From contig JBNJHQ010000001.1 of the NCBI GenBank assembly GCA_051748705.1, forward strand, positions 1-45,862: 45,862 bases of DNA, written 5' to 3'. The position numbers and the translations under genes are program-made. Below the pieces are notes generated by a model that worked only from the letters and a program-made list of their open reading frames with translations, was not told the DNA's origin and did not search any database. The stretch comes from Bacteroidota bacterium (GTDB lineage Bacteria; Bacteroidota; Bacteroidia; Bacteroidales; VadinHA17). Each line of letters opens with the position of its first letter. The stretch's first letter is position 1. This document shows, piece by piece, positions 26,124 through 33,508 of this stretch.

Positions 26124-26534
26124 CTAGCTTTTGCTTCTTTTTATGTGCTTTATATTCCTGAAGCGCAGGGCACTCCAGTCGTCATCTACAGAAACCTGCC
26201 TGACAGCTTCAAAGCCATGTGAGTTGACCAGTTCCCAGCCACTGTCCCTGTTTATGTCGGCATTATATTTCTTTGAACTCATCTTTGGATAGGCAAACCA
26301 GAGAACCCCGTCTTCTGCAAGGTTATGTATACTCTGCGGAACAGTTTCTGTAAGCTCAGATTTATTCCTCACAAAGACCATGCAGAATTCATAAAGATAT
26401 TTGGGATCTATTTCCCTGTCCACCCTGACCGATGGTCTAGTATTTTCAAACTCTTCGATAAATCCATTATTGGCATTGAGTATGCAAATCCTTTCCTGCT
26501 CTTTGTAATTGAGTTTTTTTATTAGATATTCCAT
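26124..26534 (-). CDS. Conserved hypothetical protein (136 aa)
   Basis: Clean ATG-to-stop ORF converging on the M1 peptidase gene with a 3-nt gap. No motif I can name with confidence. Confidence 0.5.
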   Translation of the reverse strand: MEYLIKKLNYKEQERICILNANNGFIEEFENTRPSVRVDREIDPKYLYEFCMVFVRNKSELTETVPQSIHNLAEDGVLWFAYPKMSSKKYNADINRDSGWELVNSHGFEAVRQVSVDDDWSALRFRNIKHIKRSKS

Positions 26535-26562
26535 ATTTCTACCCCTGCAAAAATTGCGGGGT

Positions 26563-26570
26563 CAAAAGTA
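26563..26570 (-). promoter_or_regulatory. Candidate -7 box TACTTTTG for the 136-aa gene
   Basis: Forward caaaagta gives TACTTTTG on the minus strand, 29 nt upstream of ATG 26534. Confidence 0.25.
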
Positions 26571-26605
26571 AGAAATCTTTTTTAAATGATATAATCATGT
26601 TCTTT

Positions 26606-26637
26606 TTTGCCGGGGATTATCAATTTTTATAACTTTG
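26606..26637 (+). promoter_or_regulatory. Bacteroidetes-type promoter: -33 TTTG (26606-26609), 20-nt spacer, -7 TAACTTTG (26630-26637)
   Basis: Both consensus elements are present with canonical spacing. The predicted transcription start falls just before the TPP aptamer. Confidence 0.55.
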
Positions 26638-26644
26638 CAGTATC

Positions 26645-26728
26645 AAAAAATGGGGTGCCTTAATATACGGGCTGAGATCATACCCTCTGTACCTGATACG
26701 GATAATGCCGTCGTAGGAAAAGAGACCT
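26645..26728 (+). promoter_or_regulatory. TPP (THI-box) riboswitch aptamer
   Basis: GGGGTGCC...GCTGAGA...ACCC...ACCTGATACGGATAATGCCGTCGTAGGAA matches the conserved TPP core (GGGGUGC / CUGAGA / ACCC / ACCUGAUCUGGAUAAUGCCAGCG-AGGGA). Confidence 0.9.
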
Positions 26729-26730
26729 CA

Positions 26731-26765
26731 TTCTTTTGATTTTACGTATAATTAAATCAAAAGAA
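26731..26765 (+). promoter_or_regulatory. Candidate riboswitch expression-platform hairpin (12-bp stem) ending 2 nt before the start codon
   Basis: TTCTTTTGATTT (26731-26742) pairs perfectly with AAATCAAAAGAA (26754-26765), with an 11-nt loop. The ATG is at 26768. Confidence 0.5.
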
Positions 26766-26767
26766 AA

Positions 26768-29200
26768 ATGAAAAATTTCTTATTGCTTTTTATCCTTGTA
26801 TTTATTGGTATTACATCTGCCTTTCCCCGTCAGCAGTATCAAAAATGGGTCCTGAGCGGGGAAGTGACCGGTGAGGACGGCCGGGCACTGCCCGGAGCCA
26901 CTGTTATTGTCCAGGACACTTACCTTGGAACAAGCACGGGTTCGGATGGCTTTTTCGAGTTCAAACCCATGAAAGAAGGTAAGTATACTATTGAAGTATC
27001 TTATATGGGTTATGAGACGGCCAGTAAGGATGTGAACCTTGATCATGATATTTTCCTTGAATATGAATTGAAGATGGCCGTGATAAGTGCCGATGAAGTA
27101 ATGGTTATCGGCAGCAGGGCAACGGAAACCACGCCTGTGGCACATACCAACCTTGAGAGAGAGGAGATAAAGAAGCTTAACACGGGCAGGGATCTGCCTT
27201 TCTTGCTTTCTTCCCTGCCTTCGCTGGTTGAGACGTCGGAAGCTGGTACAGGCCTAGGGTATACGAATTTCCGGATCAGGGGTACCGACCCCAGCAGGAT
27301 AAACATCACCATCGATGGTATACCCATCAATGATGCTGAATCACAACAGGTTTTCTGGGTTAATATGCCTGATATTGCTTCGTCCCTTTCAGGGATACAG
27401 GTCCAGAGGGGTGTGGGAACATCAAAAAATGGCGCTGCAGCATTCGGTGCAAGCGTAAACCTTCAGACCGAGATGCCTTCCAACGAGCCTTATGCGTCTG
27501 TAAGCAGCAGCCTGGGTTCCTTCAATACCTTTAAGGGTACTGTAAAGGTGGGCACAGGACTGTTAAAAGAAAGGTTTAAATTCGACCTCAGACTATCAGG
27601 ACTCACAACTGATGGTTATATCGATCACAGCGGGGCTGATCACCGTTCCCTTTTCCTGACGGGTATATATAATTCGGCTATAGGTACTTTTAAAACAAAT
27701 GTCATACTGGGAGAAGAGATAACAGGGATAAGCTGGTGGGGTGTGCCCCGTGAAATGCTGGATACCGCACGTACATATAACCCTGCAGGTGAATATACCG
27801 ATTCCTTCGGGGATACAAGATATTATGATGACCAGAAGGATAACTATAACCAGTATCACTTCCAGGTACTCTATAAAACTGATCTGGGTCAGCATCTTCA
27901 ACTCAGTGCTGCATATCATTTTACCTACGGGGCAGGGTTCTATGAACAGTACAGGGAAGATGAACTGTTGTCGGCTTACAACCTGCCGAACTGGATGGCC
28001 GGCCCCATACTGATACAAAGCGTTGACCTGGTCCGGAGGAAATGGCTGCTCAATAATTTCTATGGTGGCATTGCCGACATCAAGTATAGAAAAGGTAAGC
28101 TGGAACTGAGCCTGGGGGCAGGTATTAACAACTATATTGGCGATCATTTCGGAAGGGTTATATGGATGAGGTATGCCGGATGGACAGAGAAAGATTACCA
28201 GTGGTACTTCAACAGCTCCTCGAAAAGGGAAATAAATGCCTATGCAAGGGCTGATTACAGCATCACCGACAGGCTCAGTGCATTTGCTGACGCCCAGTAC
28301 CGTAACATACATTATATTATGGAAGGCGAGGATGATGACCTTATGGACCTGGGACTGAATAAGACCTTCAATTTTATTAATCCCAAGGGGGGGCTCTTCT
28401 ACGAGATAGATCCGAACCAGGATGTTTTTGTTTCACTGTCTGTTGCCAACAGGGAGCCCACAAGGGCAAATTACAAGGATGCCAAAGGAGACCCTGAGGC
28501 AATGCCGGAGCCTGAAACACTGTACGATGTGGAAGCAGGTTATAAGCTGGGCAGCTCAAAATTCATGGCAGGTATAAACCTCTACTATATGTATTATGAT
28601 GACCAGCTGGTACCCACCGGTGAGCTAAGCAATACGGGATATCCCATAATGACCAACGTGGAAAGGTCATACAGGGCAGGTGTGGAACTGACAACAGCCC
28701 TGAGGCCTTTTGATCTCTTTGAATGGAATCTTAATGCGAGCTTCAGCCGTAACAGGATCAAAGATTTCGTGGAGCATTATATTGATTACAATTCGTCAAC
28801 ATCAGAAGAAATACCCATGACAAAAGAGCTGGGTGATGTTAATATAGCATATTCACCGGGCTTTGTGATGAACAGTGACCTGGGATTTTCACCCTTCAAG
28901 AATTTTGAGCTGCATTTTATCAGCAAGGCAGTAGGTAAACAATATTTTGACAATACGAACAGCGAAGAACGTACAATTGACCCGTATTTTGTTAATAATA
29001 TAAGACTTGATTACAGTTTCTCATTGAAAGGATTTAAGAATATTGCCCTCCAGTTCCAGGTAAACAACCTGTTTAATTCACTTTACGAGAGTAATGCCTA
29101 TGGTGGCAATTACTATGTTGATAGCCAGGAATATACATGGGCTTATTACTTCCCCCAGGCAGGAATAAACTACCTTTTCAGGCTTTCACTCGACTTTTAA
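26768..29200 (+). CDS. TonB-dependent outer-membrane receptor (thiamine/precursor uptake inferred from the riboswitch)
   Basis: 810 aa. Has a signal peptide, an N-terminal carboxypeptidase-regulatory-like domain (GATVIVQDTYLGTSTGSDGFFEF), a plug domain (NFRIRGTDPSRINITIDGIPIND), and a beta-barrel ending in ...LSLDF. Confidence 0.9.
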   Translation: MKNFLLLFILVFIGITSAFPRQQYQKWVLSGEVTGEDGRALPGATVIVQDTYLGTSTGSDGFFEFKPMKEGKYTIEVSYMGYETASKDVNLDHDIFLEYELKMAVISADEVMVIGSRATETTPVAHTNLEREEIKKLNTGRDLPFLLSSLPSLVETSEAGTGLGYTNFRIRGTDPSRINITIDGIPINDAESQQVFWVNMPDIASSLSGIQVQRGVGTSKNGAAAFGASVNLQTEMPSNEPYASVSSSLGSFNTFKGTVKVGTGLLKERFKFDLRLSGLTTDGYIDHSGADHRSLFLTGIYNSAIGTFKTNVILGEEITGISWWGVPREMLDTARTYNPAGEYTDSFGDTRYYDDQKDNYNQYHFQVLYKTDLGQHLQLSAAYHFTYGAGFYEQYREDELLSAYNLPNWMAGPILIQSVDLVRRKWLLNNFYGGIADIKYRKGKLELSLGAGINNYIGDHFGRVIWMRYAGWTEKDYQWYFNSSSKREINAYARADYSITDRLSAFADAQYRNIHYIMEGEDDDLMDLGLNKTFNFINPKGGLFYEIDPNQDVFVSLSVANREPTRANYKDAKGDPEAMPEPETLYDVEAGYKLGSSKFMAGINLYYMYYDDQLVPTGELSNTGYPIMTNVERSYRAGVELTTALRPFDLFEWNLNASFSRNRIKDFVEHYIDYNSSTSEEIPMTKELGDVNIAYSPGFVMNSDLGFSPFKNFELHFISKAVGKQYFDNTNSEERTIDPYFVNNIRLDYSFSLKGFKNIALQFQVNNLFNSLYESNAYGGNYYVDSQEYTWAYYFPQAGINYLFRLSLDF

Positions 29201-29820
29201 TGAATATGGACTGGTTGTCAAACCATTATATTGAAGTCTTCGGTGCACTTACCGGCATCCTCTATGTGATCCTTGAGATCAGGCAGAATATCTGGCTCTG
29301 GCCACTGGGACTCATTACCTCCTCGGTGTACATATGGGTTTTTTTTACAAGCAAGTTTTACGCCGACATGGGTCTGCAGACCTATTACGTGCTAATAAGT
29401 ATTTACGGTTGGTACTGGTGGCTGAAGGGAGGGGAGAAGAAATATGACAGGGAAGCTTTGCCGGTTACAGGTATCAGTATGAAGCTGTTAACAATACTGG
29501 CTGCTGTATTCATTATCCTTTTTGCATTGATATACTTTATACTGGTCAGTTATACTGATTCACCCCTTCCACTGGGCGATGCTTTCACAACAGCCCTCTC
29601 CATAGTGGCCACATGGATGCTGGCCAGGAAGATTATTGAGCACTGGATCTTATGGGTTGTGGCCGATCTTGTCTCAATGGCCCTTTATATTTACAAGGGT
29701 CTTTATCCTACCGTGGTACTCTTTGCTGTGTATACAGTAATGGCAGTGATAGGGTATAATGAATGGAGAAAGACAATGTTGCGTTCACCTGGCTCTGGAT
29801 CACTCACTGGCCAAACTTGA
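29200..29820 (+). CDS. pnuT: PnuC-family transporter (PnuT-type thiamine transporter inferred)
   Basis: Start taken at the ATG overlapping the receptor stop (TAATG); ATG 29206 is an alternative. PnuC hallmarks: WLWPLGLITSSVYIWVFFTSKFYADMGLQTYYVLISIYGWYWW. Lies under TPP riboswitch control. Confidence 0.8.
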   Translation: MNMDWLSNHYIEVFGALTGILYVILEIRQNIWLWPLGLITSSVYIWVFFTSKFYADMGLQTYYVLISIYGWYWWLKGGEKKYDREALPVTGISMKLLTILAAVFIILFALIYFILVSYTDSPLPLGDAFTTALSIVATWMLARKIIEHWILWVVADLVSMALYIYKGLYPTVVLFAVYTVMAVIGYNEWRKTMLRSPGSGSLTGQT

Positions 29821-29855
29821 GCTCCCGCTACCTGAACCGATAATCAAAATTCATG

Positions 29856-29917
29856 ACTTTTTACTTTATCCATTATACTTTTTACTTTTTCCTTTATACT
29901 TTTGTCTTTCATCTTAT
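29856..29917. repeat. Tandem repeat, ~21 bp x3 (T-rich, decaying 5' to 3')
   Basis: ACTTTTTACTTTATCCATTAT / ACTTTTTACTTTTTCCTTTAT / ACTTTTGTCTTTCATCTTAT. The array ends 3 nt before the thiamine pyrophosphokinase ATG. Confidence 0.65.
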
Positions 29918-29920
29918 AAA

Positions 29921-30538
29921 ATGTCCAAACCGGTAATCATACTTGCGAACGGTCGCTTTCCCACCTCAGGGATACCCCTGGGTTATCTCAACAGTGCTGA
30001 ACGCATTGTCTGCTGCGACGGTTCTGTTGCCAGCCTTGTTGACTACGGGCTGGAGCCCTGGGCTATCGCCGGTGATCTTGATTCGGTGCCGGATGACCTC
30101 AAGGAGAAATATGCCGACAGGCTCTTTCAGTCAGATGACCAGGAGACAAATGACCTGACAAAGGCGGTCAGGTTTTGCCTCGGACAGGGGATAACTGATG
30201 TTGTTATCCTGGGTGCCACAGGCCTGAGGGAAGATCATACACTGGGCAATATATCCCTCCTGGCCGATTATGCAGAATCACTGGCGGTGAGAATGGTTAC
30301 TGATTACGGGATAATTATACCCGTCAGTTCAGGGTCATCAGTCAGCAGCTGGCCCGGTCAGCAGGTTTCTGTGTTTGCTGTGGATAATGGAACGGTGATA
30401 AGTTCAAGAGGCCTGAAATACTCACTCGATAAGCTTGAACTCAAAAACTGGTGGATGGGTACCCTGAATGAATGTACCGGCAACAGTTTTTCGCTGAGCT
30501 TCAATGAAGGCAGGGTACTGGTTTTCCTGGGATACTGA
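29921..30538 (+). CDS. Thiamine diphosphokinase (thiamine pyrophosphokinase)
   Basis: Start moved to ATG 29921 (MSKPVIILANG). Motifs CCDGS...IAGDLDS...DQETNDLTKAV and a C-terminal thiamine-binding-like domain. Confidence 0.85.
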   Translation: MSKPVIILANGRFPTSGIPLGYLNSAERIVCCDGSVASLVDYGLEPWAIAGDLDSVPDDLKEKYADRLFQSDDQETNDLTKAVRFCLGQGITDVVILGATGLREDHTLGNISLLADYAESLAVRMVTDYGIIIPVSSGSSVSSWPGQQVSVFAVDNGTVISSRGLKYSLDKLELKNWWMGTLNECTGNSFSLSFNEGRVLVFLGY

Positions 30539-30575
30539 TATTTTGCTCTTTGTCCGGGAGATCTGTTAAAGTCTC

Positions 30576-31898
30576 TTATTCTTCAAATAAATCGATCATT
30601 GTCTTTGTCATTGCTGCCACTCCGCCCCTGAAAGTGGGATAGAAATCGGGGTGGAAGGCTGCGTTGTGCAGCCCGGGCAGGGGTCTGCCGTTCTCTATGT
30701 GGTCAAGATACTTTTCATGTTCCACTGCACCCAGCCAGAAAAGAGCTATTGGGACCTGCTCTTCGGTGCGGCCGTACATTCCGAAATCCTCCCCGACTGT
30801 ACTGGGATTAACCCTGTGTATGTTTTCCTTTCCCAGCATATCCTCCATCGACACAACAGCCCTGTTAACCAGTCCGGGGTCATTTGCTACCGGTGGAGTT
30901 AAGCCTTCAAGCGGGATCACTTCGGGCATTTTATCTTCGGGCAGACCGGCCGAGAGGGCAATACCCCGGGTTATACGTTTAAGACCTTCAATAATCTGCT
31001 CATAAACCCCGTCTTCAAAGAATCGGACTGTCAGCTGCATATCAACCCTGTCTGGAATGACATTATGTTTGCTCCCTCCATGTATCGAACCTACGGTAAC
31101 AACAGCTGGCTGGTAAGGTTCTATCTCCCTGCTTACAAGTGTCTGTATAGCCAGTACCATGCGGGAGGCAAGAACAACCGGGTCAATGGTCGTATGTGGC
31201 ATTGCCCCATGTCCGCCATAGCCATGTACATGTATATCAACAGAGCTCACTCCTCCGAAGATGGGACCGGGGAAATAGCCTATTGATCCTGCAGGCAGTC
31301 CTGCGTTTACATGATAGGCCAGGGCATAATCGGGTACCGGGAACTTATTGAACAGCCCTGCTTCGATCAGCCTGCCAGCACCGGCACTGATTTCTTCAGC
31401 CTGTTGTGCAATGGCAATTATGGTTCCCGACCATTGTTCTTTCATCTTTACCAGGGTCTTGAGTGTGCCTAGCCACAGTGTCATATGCATATCATGTCCG
31501 CAGGCATGCATTGCAGGCAAGCTGTTTCCCGCAGCATCTTCCTTTATCATCCTGCTGGCATAGGGCAGCCCCGTCTCTTCCCTTATGGGTAGTGCATCCA
31601 TGTCAGTGCGCAGCATTATAACCGGACCATCACCATTCTCCAGGATGCCCACAAGGCTGTTACCGCTGAAATTGTGACTGAGCCTGAAGCCCAAATCCCC
31701 GAGGTGCTGTTCCATCTTCTTCGATGTTTCGAACTCCATCAAGGATAATTCAGGGTGTGCATGAAGATATTTGTATGTTTCATAATGTTCATCTTCAATG
31801 CTTTCAATAATGGACTCAATTTCCATTTTCAGCTCATCCTGGGCAATGGCTGCCAGGCTGAAAAACAGGCATAGTAAAATCAGTAAATTCTTTTTCAT
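30576..31898 (-). CDS. M20D-family amidohydrolase (aminoacylase/hippurate hydrolase-like), secreted
   Basis: Signal ...LAAIA|QDE. Motifs HACGHDMH and the M20 dimerisation-domain pattern. Confidence 0.85.
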   Translation of the reverse strand: MKKNLLILLCLFFSLAAIAQDELKMEIESIIESIEDEHYETYKYLHAHPELSLMEFETSKKMEQHLGDLGFRLSHNFSGNSLVGILENGDGPVIMLRTDMDALPIREETGLPYASRMIKEDAAGNSLPAMHACGHDMHMTLWLGTLKTLVKMKEQWSGTIIAIAQQAEEISAGAGRLIEAGLFNKFPVPDYALAYHVNAGLPAGSIGYFPGPIFGGVSSVDIHVHGYGGHGAMPHTTIDPVVLASRMVLAIQTLVSREIEPYQPAVVTVGSIHGGSKHNVIPDRVDMQLTVRFFEDGVYEQIIEGLKRITRGIALSAGLPEDKMPEVIPLEGLTPPVANDPGLVNRAVVSMEDMLGKENIHRVNPSTVGEDFGMYGRTEEQVPIALFWLGAVEHEKYLDHIENGRPLPGLHNAAFHPDFYPTFRGGVAAMTKTMIDLFEE

Positions 31899-32090
31899 CG
31901 GTGTGGGGTTTTAAACGGAGGTTTAAAGATAAGAAAATTCATGGGACGCCGGCTCTGACCGTCTATTATTGATGCCCCTCTTTGGGTGCAGCCTGCTGGC
32001 CGGGAAATCTGATGATCATTGGATCTGACTGTAGAGGATACGACTTTCCCGTGTTCATCTCCCGTGCGGGCAGGCTCATAATCATTGGTT

Positions 32091-33338
32091 CTAGCGGTAC
32101 AGGTACAACACCCCCCTGAACTCCTTTCCCTGGTATACAACATCATCCCATCCACTGGCGCGTATAATATAAAAATATGTGCCGGGACTGGCTTTGCTGC
32201 TGCCAATAGTTCCGTCCCAACCCTTCCAGTCCTTTAGTTCATCCCCCTTGCCTTCAAAAACATATACTCTCTGACCGTTCCTGCTGAAGACCTGGACATA
32301 GATGCTTCTGAGTGACTTGTTATCTACATAAAAGAAATCGTTTATCCCATCACCATCGGGGGTGAATACATTGGGGATATTAAGGGACGAAGGTTCCACC
32401 GTGATTTTAAGACTGGTGGAGTCGCTGCAAAACTGGTCACTTTCAATAAACAGGCTCAGGGTATAAGTGCCGGGTATATAGTAAGTATGTGAATAGGGAT
32501 CAGCCAGGTACGAAAGAGAGTCATCCCCGAATTCCCACCTGTAGGTGCTTGCACGGACTGAATTGTCGGTGATGATAACCTCAAGGGGTGCTTCCCCCTG
32601 GTTCGGATCGACTTCGAAATCTGCCTTCACGTGGATCGATTCGTAAAAGAAAGATGAATCAGCCGTGCAACCAAAGCTGTCAACAACATGAAGATTATAC
32701 CATACATCCTCAAGGGGAGGGTTAAAAGTCTGGGGATTTAATTCGAGTTCGGGATAGGGAATGGATGATTCGGGGTTAGATGACCACCTGAAACTTAAAT
32801 CATTGGCTAGCATTATCGGGTTCCCGCTGTTCACATCGGCATAGTAAAAGGTATCTGTTGCCGCATATCCTGAAAGGGCAACATAATTACATTTGAAATC
32901 ACGGAGGCCGGCATGGGAAATAGGACTGTCAAGGTGTACCCAGGCCGTAAGTGTGGTTTCATAACCTGTGCCGTCCGAAATCTCAACCCTGTAGCCTCCT
33001 TCTTCAAGCCCGCTGATCTCAGAGCTCATCACACCCACATCCTGGCTTACAGCTATTGAAAAATCAGAGGATGAGTCATTCCATTTTGTCCATACGAAGT
33101 CAAAGGGTCCCGTTCCTCCAGGGCTGACGGCAAGAAGGGTGCCTTTCACATTGCCGTCAGGGTTACAAAAGATAAAAACCGGGTCATTATCAGCCGTTGA
33201 TGCATAATCGGTATACCTTGTCGAGCTTGAGCCGGGTGCTGTTATCTGTGCATTGGCAACCAGTGCGAATGCCAGGAGTATTATTGTGGTGCGGATTTTC
33301 ACTTTGTCTCTTCTCTTTCTCAGAAAAATAACGGGCAT
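32091..33338 (-). CDS. Secreted PKD-domain protein with a T9SS type-B C-terminal sorting domain
   Basis: Signal ...LVANA|QI. PKD motif YRWEFGDDS...HTYYIPGTYTLSL. C-terminal domain NVFTPDGDGINDFFYV...GTYFYII...GVLYLYR (gliding-motility-associated C-terminal domain pattern). Confidence 0.82.
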   Translation of the reverse strand: MPVIFLRKRRDKVKIRTTIILLAFALVANAQITAPGSSSTRYTDYASTADNDPVFIFCNPDGNVKGTLLAVSPGGTGPFDFVWTKWNDSSSDFSIAVSQDVGVMSSEISGLEEGGYRVEISDGTGYETTLTAWVHLDSPISHAGLRDFKCNYVALSGYAATDTFYYADVNSGNPIMLANDLSFRWSSNPESSIPYPELELNPQTFNPPLEDVWYNLHVVDSFGCTADSSFFYESIHVKADFEVDPNQGEAPLEVIITDNSVRASTYRWEFGDDSLSYLADPYSHTYYIPGTYTLSLFIESDQFCSDSTSLKITVEPSSLNIPNVFTPDGDGINDFFYVDNKSLRSIYVQVFSRNGQRVYVFEGKGDELKDWKGWDGTIGSSKASPGTYFYIIRASGWDDVVYQGKEFRGVLYLYR

Positions 33339-33472
33339 GTCCTTTATTTGGTATATCCGTATGCAAGTATAATAAATGTCCTCCTGCCGCGCAAGATATC
33401 ACGTCCTCTTTGATTGTTGATAACTTGGTGGTTCTTGCCCGCGGCGCTTTTATGTATTAATATCTCTTTTAG

Positions 33473-33480
33473 TACCTTTG
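33473..33480 (+). promoter_or_regulatory. Candidate -7 box TACCTTTG upstream of the helicase gene
   Basis: Matches TAnnTTTG, 29 nt upstream of ATG 33509. Confidence 0.3.
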
Positions 33481-33508
33481 TGATCACTTTAAATCCGGGT
33501 TTTTTCAG

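Noticed and set aside
27596-28312. 238-aa minus-strand ORF inside the TonB-dependent receptor gene
   Set aside because: This is a shadow ORF opposite a confidently identified gene, with Cys/Ile/Pro-rich nonsense-like sequence. The same reasoning applies to 41289-41984 (-), 15547-16062 (+), 44685-45194 (+), 12531-12980 (+) and 33344-33778 (-).
30379-30387. Exact DnaA box TGTGGATAA, considered as a sign of oriC because parAB is nearby
   Set aside because: It is a single isolated box inside the thiamine kinase coding sequence. There is no cluster of boxes, no AT-rich unwinding element, and no dnaA or dnaN in the window.
32013-32103. Degenerate direct repeat (19/25 identical): TGATCATTGGATCTGACTGTAGAGG versus TAATCATTGGTTCTAGCGGTACAGG. 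The second copy spans the T9SS cargo stop. This could be a relic of a second C-terminal-domain gene end.
   Set aside because: The similarity covers only ~25-45 nt. The implied peptide similarity (RESRILY versus KEFRGVLY) is weak and interrupted by stops. That is too little signal to call a pseudogene.
31895-32206. 103-aa minus-strand ORF spanning the M20/T9SS intergenic region
   Set aside because: It overlaps the 3' end of the T9SS cargo gene in another frame. It is Arg/Pro/Cys-rich with no start context or motif.
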